From positions 2,294,001 through 2,358,000 of the forward strand of contig CM022679.1 in assembly GCA_012295275.1 (NCBI GenBank): DNA of 64,000 bases, given 5' to 3'. Below, one piece after another: positions 39,811-53,860 of the stretch (the first letter of the stretch is position 1; the number at the start of each line of letters is the position of its first letter). The stretch is from Chrysomallon squamiferum (taxonomy: Eukaryota; Animalia; Mollusca). Below the pieces are notes generated by a model, which saw only the letters and a list, made by a program, of their open reading frames with translations, had not been told where the DNA came from and searched no databases. The position numbers and the translations under genes are program-made.

Positions 39811-42800
39811 TGTGTGTGTGTGTGTGTAGATAGATAAACAAATAAATACTAGTATTAGCGTTTGTTGTTAATCAAAGAACTTCTCCGAACTAAAGTAGAC
39901 AAAACCCTTTTCTTCTAATTTCTGACACGTTTGACAATAAAACGTTCAGATAACAAGTGGACTATTAGTTTTTATTCAGAGACAGGACTGCGTGAATCTT
40001 CAAACAGTTTACCAATTAATTTATTAGGACTCATGTAGCCTAAGGCGCCCATCAAATCTCAGCTAGAAGAAATCACAGATTCAAAGAAAAACCTGAAAAA
40101 CAGTTAAGACCCCATTTCCCTCGAGACTCTAAACTCCACACATAGACATAAATTTACCCTTAAAGATTTCAACATCTATACATGTTTTAATCCTGCAGTA
40201 ATTGTCATTTCGGTCCTTTCCGGCAAAGATCATCAGTCATCGTCCGGGGAATTTATCACACGATGAAAACAGGACGGCTTCCTGTGATACACGTGCGGTT
40301 TCTGTCAGATTTGGTAAATTTAGCCGTATTGCGGTTCTTCACTGTAAAATGTCGACCTATCGGTCATCGTGACTAATGGACGTGTCGCAGACCGACAGAC
40401 CGCTGGATACAGATATTTTATCTCTTTGATTACCGCGTCCTCACTATAAAAAAAATCAATTGATACAGCAGAACCGGCTCTGTATCATGATTTCATCTGC
40501 GGTGTTTCTAACGTCCTCTTGTTGCTGTGTTGGCGATACGATTAGCGCAGGCTGGAAGGGTGATGTTAGGTTTTGTTTGTCAAGCAATAAAACTTGGCGT
40601 AATAAAAACATGAATCTCGAACATCAGTCGTTGACCTGTCTGTTGTTGTAGTGGCCTGGATCACTCTCAGAGTTGTCTGTCACACAGCTGTTGTGACTGA
40701 CACAGACGTTTCTGTGATGGTTGGTTACGCCGCAGCCGTTACATACAGATAATCCAGGATCGTATCTCTGTACCGGCTTCTAATCATATCACACTGTGTA
40801 AGATGTCTTAACCACTCTGTCCACACTTCTTAAGCCAGCACTTTTGTGCATGTTTCTTTAATTAAACAAAATAAAGGCTTATTTCACTGCCAGTGACCAA
40901 TCTAATAAAATACTAAGACTAACGCCGTCAGGAGCAGTCGACATTAGTCATCATACCGACAGACAGACGATACTTTAAACAAAAACTTTCACTGTTTTGA
41001 ATATTAAAAACTTACAACGAAAACGTCTTGTCTGTTGTATCAATATGCATTCTTCGTATTTTATGTCAAGAGTTAATTTGTTTTATTTATCAAGATAAAA
41101 CTTTTCCATTCCATACCATTAACAAGTCTTCTTTAATTTGTATCCGATATACAGTATCCTTGTATTTCAAAACCAAGGACAGGTTGGAATTTTCAGTTTC
41201 TCTCTCAGTTTCAGTGTTACGCTCTTTCTCTGTTAGAGTCTAGTCGCAAAGTTTCTTCTGAGATGCAAAGGTTTGAAGGATTAACATTCAACACTAACTA
41301 CACTACAGATTTATATGGTTTATTTTATTCTATTTTTATTCTATTCTATAACATTCACAAGAACAATAAAACACAAACTTGATTTCTGTTGAAGTTGGTT
41401 ACGTTGTCAGCTTGAACGTTACAAACCTGGCAGCGCAGCGTGAAGAAATTTCTACAAAAAGATTGTTAATGATATTTTGTCCATGTACGGTTTGTTATTT
41501 TCTCAATATATTATATTGAATGCGCGTTTTACGTTCATATAATTTACTTTTTTTTCTTCTTTTTCTTTTTTCCCCATGATTAAATCGTCCCGTTTCCATT
41601 AGGATTCTGACACCCAAACAAAAGACTGAACCATTTCGAAAATGGAACCACCCTGTACATAATGACAATTCTTCGCTTCCCCACCATGCGTCCATTGAAA
41701 CCTGCTGACCAGTTTGACAGATAAACAGCTTTACAACAGTGTGAGGTTTCTCAACAGGCAAACAGAACTGCCAGACACGCTGTATACAATTTGCTAAAAG
41801 TTTTATATTCCATTAGAACCCGGCTCCCGGACAGTTTTATAGCGAGGTAATGACGCTCTTCAAAATGTCTGTCGTCTGCTTTGCTTTGTAAAACTGCCTA
41901 GAAATGTGTAATTATTATAAATCAGATTAGCAGTCGTCGAACGAGAAGGGTTTTTATCTGAATGTAAATGTCAGAATTGAAAACGTATTATATAAAATAT
42001 TTACTATTGACCTCCATGCAAACTAACCTCCTACAGTTAGTTAATTATGATTATGTCTATAAACCAGAAGTTTATTTCTGTGAAACACATAGTTATGTTT
42101 GTACTCTCTATAAACAGAAAACTCTGTTTGTAAAATAGTAAATTATGTCACGAAAGCTGGAGGATTAAAAACCACTAAAGTCGATTTCAAACTCAGAAGT
42201 AATTTCCAGCCAAAAACAGTCAGATGGTAAAATGTTTACTACAGAACATCATGAAAACCAGAATCCTACTGAGAACCAATTACATGAGATAAAAACTTTA
42301 AATATTTTGTAACAACATTACAACCAGATTCCAATCCACAGCTGATTACGAAGGTAAAATAAATAAATAAATAAGTTAATTAATTAATTAATTAATAAAA
42401 ACATTTAAGATTGCAAAAGTCTTGGAACTGAATTCTGGAAAGGTCAACGTTAAAATCTGTATACAATTAAGGCTGCCAAACATAAACTGTAAAATTGTTA
42501 GGATTTATTACGTTTAAAGTCAGTGTCACACCTGGAGACAACCCGAGTTGCTAAAGATCATGATAGTCTACAAAATCATCAAGCATAAAGCACGTCATAG
42601 CCACAAAGATATTGATGACTATAAAATGTGTGAAATAAATAGACTGAAGCACTAAATTTGTTCCGCAGTTCACAAACGAATACATTTTTCAAAGACCTTT
42701 ATAAACTGAAAAAGTTTCTGGCTAAACATTATTAAAGCCATTATTAAAGCTAAATAGAAATAACTCGAATTTTGAAATAATTATAGTGATTTTTTAAATT

Positions 42801-43711
42801 ATCTATTATTGAATTTTGTTATTATTATTATTATTAATTATTTTTTATTTTATTCAGACATTTCGTAACAACGTGCTCAGATGTTAAAAAGTTAAAAGTT
42901 CTACAGACGAACATTAAAAAAAAAAAAAAAAAAAAATGCTTCATACAAATTACGAAGTTTGCAAATGTCAGGAATAATTTTTAGCTTTTGGTATCATCAC
43001 TATTCCGCATGATATCAGAGTTATTATTGTTACAGACTTTGGTAATGGTGCGCATCGTTCGTTCACATATGTATTTATTAATATCTAAAATACCCTTTAT
43101 TAATTTTTTCCACTGCAAATACAGACAACAACTCTGACATGTAGAATAAAAGAATGCGAGGATTTAATGCCAAGTTATCTTACAGAACAATGAATGAATT
43201 AATGTTTGTCGAAAAACCAGTACAAAAGCGGTTTTCTGCTATGGGATAAAACAAAGTGAACATAAATCCTTGTCCACGTCCATAAAGTCCCTTGATAGTT
43301 TAATAATTCTTCTTTTGCCTGCCGTGAGAAAGCTTGGAATCATTGATAATTCTATATTTATGGTGGTTTGATTTGACTTACATCAAAGATATCCAAGCAG
43401 ACGTTTCATGGACCTATCATCTGACGTAATCACAGAGCTGAACCAAGGCCAGCGAAGAGAGAAGAAAGAAGAGATAAGTATCAGTGTTAAGTTTCCATCA
43501 ATTTTCTTTGTGTTGTTGTTCTCCGCAAAATCGACGTTTTCCAGATTCTTTTCTGCACACTCTCTTCATTCGAGGTTTGAGTAATAGCATGTCATTGAAC
43601 TGTTTATCAGAACCTCAATAATCACAGAGTGCTCACACAAACTCAGAGATTTATGGCAAAGTTTTAAAGAGCAAGAATGATAAATGACTGGTACTTAGGC
43701 TTTTACAAAAC

Positions 43712-43842
<131 letters not shown>

Positions 43843-45329
43843 ATACACACGCCCTCAACTCGTTTTCAAACATGCCCGCTTCTTTTTTCAATAGATACAT
43901 CCACTAACTTTCTGTCTCGCCGGTACTCATATTGTCATTTCCATTTCATTCTAATTATTAAATAATGAATCCCTTTTTGATACGAGATTTTTATAACTCT
44001 CTGTCGTTAACAAATGATGTAACCAGTAATAATGTCGTTGGAGTTTAGCCTGGCATTAACGAACTAAATTACACAGCTGGGCAATTACAATTACTCAGCA
44101 ACTGGTTACGCGTATATGACGTATTTGGTATCAAAATAGTGGCAGGCAATACAGAAATGCAATACTAGAATATACGTTTACTAAGGCCGAGTATATAAAC
44201 AATTACATTAGTGTCAATGCCCGTAACGTTTGATAATTTTATTTAATCGTGGTACTGTGTGCTTTATTTTTTTAAATTGTATGCCACTTCATGTCATAGC
44301 TTGTATGAGAAACATTTTATTAATGAATAATAAATCTGACAACGTAATCCCAAAAGTGATTAGAAATCAAAACCCTGTCGATTCGAATTGTAAGATATAA
44401 GACAGACGCTAACCTAAGTCAGAGACAGCCATTTTAACGGAAACAGCAATTACCCTACATTTATATGACTGGTACTCTGCAAACCGCGCATCAGTTGCGT
44501 CTGAATTTCGTACCAATTTGTAACGTCTCTAAAACCCGAGTAAGCTCTTCGCCGATAACAAAACATCACCAGACCAAATCGCGACGTTTGATATCGGGGT
44601 TTAATGAGAAAACACGCCAAAGTGAAAAGATATATTGTTTGTGAATCGATATTCTACAAGCAGAGATTTCTGTCGTTTTGTAAACAGAGACTAATAGATG
44701 TGAAATGAGCAAATAAAATAAAGTTGAAAACTGATGCAGGTGAGGTTAATGCATTCACATATGGTTTAAACACGAGCCTTTCTGCTTATGTTGTGATCAC
44801 GAATATATAATTATTATTTATATACGCCTATGTACAATTTATATGGTTACACACACACACAGAGATATATGTATGTATGTGTGTATATATATATATGTAT
44901 GTGTATGTATATGTACGTGTATATTTGACATTAAGTACATTTATTTCATTTTTACCATGAAGGTATTAAATTTTATTGTATGGAAAATTCGGAGAATACA
45001 GGGATTACACGAAACTAATATTTATTTCATTTTGCCTTTCAAGATATCGGCATTGATTTCACCTTATACGTCACTGGATTATCGACTGACAGAATCTAGC
45101 GTATTTTTGTCTCGTTCTAACGCTCTGCACGTGCAAAGATGAAAATCTGAGCCTGTCTTTACAACATCATATTGTGACATCTGAAGCGAAACATACGACA
45201 TTAAATCAATAAGTAATGTTAGAAAGTAAATTATACTTGACAATATAAATCCATTCAGACTCTGAGACCAGAGACAAAGGTTAATTTGTTTAGTGTTCTC
45301 AACAGAACAGTGTACAGAAATGTAATGGA

Positions 45330-45331
<2 letters not shown>

Positions 45332-45395
<64 letters not shown>

Positions 45396-45445
45396 AAGAA
45401 GAAGAAGAAGAAGAAGAAGAAGAAGAAGAAAGAAGAAGAAGAAGA
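45332..45445. repeat. (AAT)n-(AAG)n compound microsatellite; other (AAT)n arrays at 23480-23545, 35550-35597, 36737-36888 and 60814-60868
   Basis: Read directly. Confidence 0.97.
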
Positions 45446-46364
45446 TAATAAATTTAAAAAATAAATAAATAAGAAAGACAATTATGCATACATTCATATT
45501 CATATAAAAATACATACATAAACACACATACCAACAAACACACAGCCTAAACTGTGTATAGTATATATAGTTTTGTACTTAAATATTTTGTAAAGACAGA
45601 AATTTCACAGACCTGTGACCTTCTGAAATGTAATTGCGAACACATAAGGTGTGAGAAAAGTGCAATTCCCGAATGTATTAAATCAATTAAAGGCATTCGT
45701 CCGCAGGTTTCACAGAAATAATTTAATAAACGACTGTTCCGTTGTAATTATGCAAAATGTCCGAGGGAGATAAATCAGATTACAATGACGTCATGAAGAC
45801 TGTGTCTGTGATGAAGAAATCTGGAATTTCGGTTCGATTCCTGCCAATGGCCCATTTAGCTATTTACAAATAAAGCATATCTATCAAACGTTGTTCTATC
45901 TCTGGGATAATACATACAAAAATGTTTTGCTGCTTATGAAAAATATTTTATTCAAAGACTAGGTATCAGAATGTTTGATACACAAAAATGTGTGAATGGT
46001 CGAAAATTTGATCAGCGTACCCTAAATTTGTGTTGTTTAATAAAATAAATGTGAAAACTAGATAAATGAATTAACGACACACATAATCAAACGATGAAAC
46101 ATTTTCATTAAGAAAACAAAACAACAAAAACAACAACAATAACAACAAAAATTCAGAAAGACCTCAGTTGCAGAAAGAATGTTTACCGTAAGACTTGCAT
46201 CAATAATAGATGTAATAAACTAGAGCACTGTGACATAGGCAGATAACAGAGAGACAGAAATAATAAAAAAGAGAGTCAGAGTTAGACAAAGAGAGAGTAT
46301 GTTGACATACAGATAGAAAGGGAGAATTAGATAGACAGAGAGGAAGAGATGGGGAAAAAATGAA

Positions 46365-46462
<98 letters not shown>

Positions 46463-47559
46463 GTCAGTGAAAACCAGCAATGTAACTTGAGAATAAACCA
46501 GGTTGACACTCACACTTAATCACTGATAAGGTCAAGTAGTCAGGTAGTCAAGTAGCTGACAACTGTTTTTTTTTTTCCTTCTCTCAGTTCCGTCTCTAAT
46601 TTCTGATCAGAACAAATGGGCGTAGTGAAACCAGCAGAAAAAAAACCGACATCTGTCAATTTCCGGAACTTGTTTTTTTTTAATCTTTTATAACAACTCC
46701 AAAAGACAGATCTCTTTTCCGATAGCAGGCGTAACTCTGAGTTGCAGCCAGGTGTTAGTGACAAGAAATAAAAATAGTTCATCAGCTAATGAACTGGAAA
46801 TCCAGCTTCAGAGTTTCACTGCCTCTCCATGTTACTGATGCAGACATATAGTATTCTGAAAAGTACTTTATATGTATATACATTGACACATGTACACACA
46901 TACCCACACATACTCATGTACGTATAAATAGAAATCTGCATACTTACAAACACACACATATATGTACACATGCATACACTCATACATACATACATACATA
47001 CATACATAATATATTTATGCATACGTTCCGTATGTTCTTATATATATATATAAATATATAGATTTTCGTATTAACGTAAAACAGTATTTTACATATCAGG
47101 TTATTGTTTTATGCTTAAATTTCTTTTAGCATTTACTATACATAATACATGTAATATAAAACCCACTGTAACAAATACTGAGAAAAAATAAAGAAGAATC
47201 CTGTTTGACCAAATGGTGTCTGAACACATATTATTTGTAAATGAAGACACATAAAACAGTTAGATACTCACACCACTGATGTAAGTTACGTAAAATCGTT
47301 GACAATTATAAGATGTAAAAAGTAGTGCAGAAACAAGCGAGAGGCAGAACTATTACAGAATGATTTGCTTAACGGCAAATAAACAGATTTTAATATTAAT
47401 AGTTACATAATGTCAAACATGTGTTTTATTATTATTGTTACTGTGGTTATTATTATGATTATTGTTGTTGTTATTGTTGATAGTGCTGTTATTGTTGTTG
47501 TTGTTATTGTTATTTGTTGTTGTTGTTGTTGTAATGAAGTCTGAGATAGACTGACTGGC

Positions 47560-47715
47560 ATCGCTACCTTAGCTTTTCTTATCGATTTGAGACAAAGGAA
47601 CTTTTACAACGATCTTACTGTCGCTTTGTTACACCGGTAACATTTCATTGGCTGCAGCAACAAATCGCCTAATAGACCTGGAGGAATCGACCACATCTCA
47701 AACCAGTTATCTAAA
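47560..47715. mobile_element. Old SINE-like family B fragment
   Basis: CAAAGGAACTTTTA, CTTTGTTACACCGG and CATTGGCTGCAG resemble blocks at 15250-15283 and 58920. Confidence 0.45.
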
Positions 47716-48224
47716 GAGCAAAAGGTTATTTTTCTTTCAGTGTGATATTTAGTCTGTAATATAAACACTATGTTTTATACATTGAAAAATCAAACAGAAA
47801 TGCGCTGTCTAGACACAAATCTATATATATATTTTTTATTTCAGCCTTTTAAATCGAGGCACGCAAAAGAGTGAGATAGCAGGGCCAGTGTATCAAGACC
47901 TTCTTATCCCAATGGGCGATAACAGTTGCAGCCTAGGGACCCAGCACTAAGGAGGCATAGACAGCTAGGTCCAAAAAAGAAAATGTTAATAAAATAAAAG
48001 TTCCCCTTTGCTGTTAAGGAATACTGCTTTTCTTATGCATTATGTAGTGTATATCAACGTACAGGCCTGCACAGTATAAAGCCTACATAAGAAAACCGAA
48101 AACCAAATTAGGCTCGGAGCCCAGAAAACCTAGACCCGGTTACTATACGACGATTAATTCATAAAATACAATTTTATTTATTCACTTTAAAGTGATAGAA
48201 AGACTGATGACAATCAGAACTATT

Positions 48225-48575
48225 AAAGAATGAATGACTGTTTCCATAACGACACCTCAACATTTTAATATTAATATGTTATTATGGTGAAAGTACGATT
48301 ATTTACTATGAGAAGGAAATCTAGCTGCATCTGCAAGCAGCAAGTAATCCTTTACGCGCATCTTCCTTACTAGCAGCAAGTAATCCTTTACGCGCATCTT
48401 CCTCACTAGCAGCAAGTAATCCTTTACGCGCATCTTCCTCACTAGCAGCAAGTAATCCTTTACGCGAACCTCCCTACTGGCAGCACGAACATGTGTTAAA
48501 ACGAGAGTTCAGCTCTTCAGAGCATGACGAACGATTGATTCCGCGCATTGTCGTAGTGTTGACCAGTGATCTAAA
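48225..48575. mobile_element. Old SINE-like family B copy containing a 36-bp tandem amplification
   Basis: AACGACACCTCAACATTTT resembles TACGCACTCAGCACTTTT at 58790; GAGAAGGAAATC resembles GAGAGGAAATC at 15186. Confidence 0.45.
48337..48466. repeat. 36-bp tandem repeat, about 3.6 near-identical units (AGCAGCAAGTAATCCTTTACGCGCATCTTCCTCACT)
   Basis: Read directly. Confidence 0.95.
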
Positions 48576-48889
48576 CAAACACCATCTCCCAAGAAGGTCA
48601 ATTCTCTTTTCATATCTATATTTATTTGTTTGTATGTGTAATATAAAACGATATACACCATACAATACAAAATCATGAATAATCGCAGAGAACACCAATA
48701 TCTTTAGCTCTTAGCCCTTTTAAATGGTGTCAAAGAAAACATAGAAATAACCGCCACAGTGTTAGTATCCTATAATTACTTCATAAATAAAATATCAGTT
48801 TCGTAGAGTCAGAGTTAACAAAATCACAAGTACAGCTTTTATATATACATTCTCATCATCTGCACTATTAAAACATCTGTTGGTAACAA

Positions 48890-49170
48890 TAATTAATGTT
48901 TGTAATTATGATTAAAAATATGTTTGCAAAAAGTTAAACATGTTTGTAAACAAGATTTAACATATATTTATAAATAAGCTTTAACATTTTTGTAAACATG
49001 ATTGAATATGTTTGTAAACATGATTGAATATGTTTGTAAACAAGATTTAATGTTTGTAAACATGATCAAATACATTTTTGTAAACAAAATTTAGCTTATA
49101 TTTGTAAACAAGATTTGACGAATATTTGTAAAAAAGGATTAAACGTATAGTTATTTGGAAACAAAACTAA
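48890..49170. repeat. Degenerate 21-23-bp minisatellite (TTGAATATGTTTGTAAACATGA)
   Basis: TTTGTAAACA recurs at about 22-nt spacing. Confidence 0.85.
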
Positions 49171-50820
49171 ATATGTCTTCAAACGAGGTTAAAAGGAACC
49201 TGTTTATTAAAAGAGATTAATCAGTATTAAATAAATAAATAAATATTTTAAAAAGAACAAAATAAAGACAGATATAAAGATAGATAAAATAAAGAAATTA
49301 TACAGGTCTATTTAATAAATAAATTAAATAATTTATATAAAAACATAAAAAGTAAGAAGGAATTTGTAAAATGTATCCCTAAATCAAATCAGTTAATAAA
49401 AACACTAATATATTCTTTTAATTTTAAATTTTGTGTCAAGTCTCACAAATAAGTGGTGATAGTAAATGTAGTAGACGTTGTTATAAAGGAAAAGGTAATT
49501 GTACTAATAATAGCTGTCATAGTAACAGTTCTATAATATAGAGAAATAAACAACAATTCAGCTGTAGCAGTCGTTGTGGTAGTAGTACTAGTCGAAGCAG
49601 CTGCTATAGCAGTAATAATGTAATAGTAGTAATAATAGTAACAGTAAAAGTGGTAGTATTAGTAATAGTAGTTGTAGAAGTAATAAAATTAATAGTAGTA
49701 GTAATTGTTGTTGATGTTGTTGTTGTTGTAGAAGTAGTGGCAACAGCAGCAACTGAGAACTAGTAGTCATAATTATTTTAAAATAATACAAACATTCTAA
49801 ACAGTTTGATAGAAAACTGATTTAAGTGTTTACAGCTGCAGTAAGTGTATACCTGTGTATTTACACATCTATCTCACCTTCAATTGTTATTAATATCTCT
49901 CCTCTTGAACACGCGAGAGCTGGAAAAGTGAATCATTTCACGTCCTGAATCAACTGTCAGAGTGTTTGCTTGTTTCCTCTCGAGTTTCTGACGTGCAGCG
50001 TCGCTGTGCGGTTTTCAAATACACGCTGACACTCGCCTACACGTTCGTCTCTCTCAGTGAGACGAGTGCACGGAAACGCACCAGTCAAAATCGTTAAGCC
50101 AAGAGACACGGCTACCGAGCAAATAGCTACAGCGCTATGTTGGCGTCTGCTTCGCATACGAGAAACCCGGAACAACAAAAAGTGAATTACCTTAATTTCG
50201 AATCTTGTATTGGGTGATTGGTGACCAGAACAGAGGCACCAATGATGTGACTTGTGGGAGAAATAATAAAAAATAAATGAATAATTTTTTTTTTTTTTTT
50301 TATTTAAATGTAGACAATTACTGATGAGCTGAAATTTTAGTCCAATGGTTACAGCGCTCGCTTCAGGGCGTGGTGCTCTGCGCAATTAAATTTCCATGCC
50401 CGAATTTGATTATTTCCTGTTTGCTGCCTAGTGGATGTGAGTGTAGGTCATTTTTAGTTCATCAAACAGTCGATAAAACACCGTTTATTTCAAAAAACCA
50501 TTGCGCATGTTCAGCTGTCTTTTGAAGCAGAAACAAATTTTGATCAATATTTGAAAAAAAATATATATATAGCTCATCACAAGTATTTCATTTTCAGCAT
50601 TTCGAACTCCAAACAAGCTATCTAAATAGTCACTAAATATTTTAAATATGTAAATCTAAGTTATATACATAGCCATCTTTTCAAACAAACGTCATCGATC
50701 AGTGATTTATGTTTCTGATTTAGATTCTTCAAATTCACCGAGTCGGTCGTGTTTATTTTGTTTTATTTTATTTTATTTTGTTTATATATTTATTTTATGT
50801 GGCTAAAAATGCGTGCGTGC

Positions 50821-50858
<38 letters not shown>

Positions 50859-52185
50859 CTGTTTAAAACTCATCTACATGCACTGACAAAATATAAAAAA
50901 TGTCAGTTATCGACAAGAAAACAGTATCATTATTTGGCAATTACACAGGCAGAAATTGTTTCTGATTGGTTCCCATTTCTTTATAATGGCGCCGGAATTA
51001 TTTTGTCTAGGAAATCTCAAGTGAAAATATAAACGTCTTGTTCTCATTTCGGTGTGGTATATTTTGTGATGGTTCGTTGTTCATTATCAGCGAAATTTAT
51101 TACAGAATGGATAAGTAAGAACTAATGTGTGAACAACTGAATATCAGCCATGAAGACCGACCACAGTCGGTTTCCACGCATCCTTGCCCCGTTTCAAACA
51201 CGTTGCTTTCCGTCTATTAAAGGCGTTGACTTGAAAGTATAAAAACAAAAACAAATTTTATACATATCTTTACACAGACTGAAACATTCGATCTGCAACA
51301 TAAACAAAGCATATGTCTGACATAAATGTTGTTGTTCTTTGGGTTTTTTTTTTTTTATGTATACAAATCATTCACTTATTTAATCGAACTGGTGCCGGTT
51401 TGGATCAAGAAACTGATGACCGAGGATAATTGATCTGATTCGGTAACGCAGACAAAGGTCATGTACACACATTTGTATTAACTATAAAACATCCTTTCTG
51501 TTAGTAGGTAATAGTATCTTAGACTGAACAAAAACCTTTGCCATTTATGTCTAGTTACCAAGGAAACCAACATATCTTTACCGAGCATTGGATTCAACTT
51601 CGCGCAAAAACCCCATATTTTAAAATGCATTTATACTGAAATTAAATAACTATTTTTATAATAATAACAAGAAGAAGATGTATAAGAAAAAAAAATTAAA
51701 AAAAAATTTAACTATAATGATAAAAACGACAGTAATAATAATAATCTTCTTCTTCTTCTTTTTCTTCGTGTTGTTGCTGTTGTTGTTACTATTATTAAAA
51801 TGACGATATGTATGATTATAATTAAGATGATGTACCACTACAACAAGCAATTACTCTCGAACTGTTTATTTCAGGAACACGTTAGCTATAAACAACAATT
51901 ATCAAACCGATGCTAATTTCTGTAATGTACGAAACTGCTTGTCAAAACGCTTGAATTTATGTCTTCGTTAGATTTTCTTTTAAGATGTTCCCAGAAACAT
52001 TTCATATACAAAGAGTGGAAGAAGCAGAAGTTAGTTGAAAATTTTTGAGCAAATTGCTTGGCTAATTCCAAGTCAATTATAAATGCCCGTGCTAAGAGTG
52101 CATTTATCAAAATTTGTTTTAACGTATGGTGTTTGATCTTTAATTACGACTGTCGGAAAAATACGTTACATCCATATGTTTTCAG

Positions 52186-52267
<82 letters not shown>

Positions 52268-52974
52268 AATAAATAAATAAATTTTAAATGTATAAATAAA
52301 TAAATAAAAATTAAATATATAATAAGTAAATAAATAAATAAATAAACACATAATAAATACATTTTTTTTTTTTTGTCTGCCTTAACTTTACATAACTATA
52401 TATAAATATTCCTTTCATAAAATTCAAAACGAAATGTATCATCATTAAAACTAACGTAAAAATACCCCATTAAAACTGAAAAAAAAAAAAAAAAAAAAAA
52501 AATATCTATATTTGAACAAAAGTCAACATCTACGCGTTCTAAAATATGGGAAATCTTCGGTCAAGGTAACGTTTTGGAAAAACAGTCTATTTTTGTAGCT
52601 TTTCGAATTTGTCGTAAATGACTTTATAAAACGTTCATTTAGTCTGGAACCGCTGAGAAATTTCCGATTTTCGAGGCTGTGTAATTTTTTTGGTAGTTAA
52701 GTACAGCTGATGTTGGCAGTTCGTTACTGCTGGTTACTGCCGTAAGATGAAATTTAGGACATCACTACGATATGTAGCTAGTGAAACTAAAACAGTAAAA
52801 AGGAAAGCGTAGAGGAATCTAGAGAGACAGACAGAACGATAAACAGAAAAACTAATCAAAAGAAGAAGAAAGATATGCGTGTGTGTATGCGCTGCTGATA
52901 TATGTGTGTGTATAATACGTGTGTCTACGTGTCTGTGTATATTTAGAGAGAGGAGGAAGTGGAAGAAAGATATG

Positions 52975-53088
<114 letters not shown>

Positions 53089-53826
53089 AACAAAAATCAT
53101 CTCACGAGACAAAGTCAACTAGATGAGATTTTAAGTTATATTTACAACACAAACTGACATTTCATATCAGTTTAGTTGTAAATCAGGAACATTATAACTC
53201 TGTATTAAATAGACATTTATTTTCCAGAAATCTCCATTTTTATCCAAAACCGTTTTGACTTCAAAGTTTTCCACAATCATCTTGTCTATTAACGTGATAT
53301 TTTTCAATCATTTTGAGCTATGATTTATTTTATTTTTATTTTTGCATCTGAAGTTTGTTGGCTTATTGTAAAACGTTTTAGTTTCTACATTAAGCCTCAT
53401 GGTTTAAATTTGAGAAACAAGGAATATTTTACAGACGACAGAATTTACCTCGACACGGTGATCTGTGTAATAATAAAAGATTTGCTCTGTAAATCTAAAT
53501 CTGTACAAGTCTCCTACAGCCCCTTTCCAGACAAACTGTCACTTCAGACTCGTCAAAGCTGATATTCTAGAATCATCCAAAGCAAAGTTAATAATAAGTA
53601 TAAATTATTTACATTTTCACTTTAATCTAATTCTTTATTCACATAACGAACAGTTTCATAGGACTGTCTTTTCCATCTGAGATACCATATATAAGATTTG
53701 AACGTGTGGAAATTTCTGAGATACCCTCCAGAGACGAACCGCTGTGAGACTTGTAGAGATAAATGTTACTCTGAATAATCGCTTAAGATGTAAACACATT
53801 TTAATTATTACGTCTGAAAATTAATT

Positions 53827-53860
<34 letters not shown>

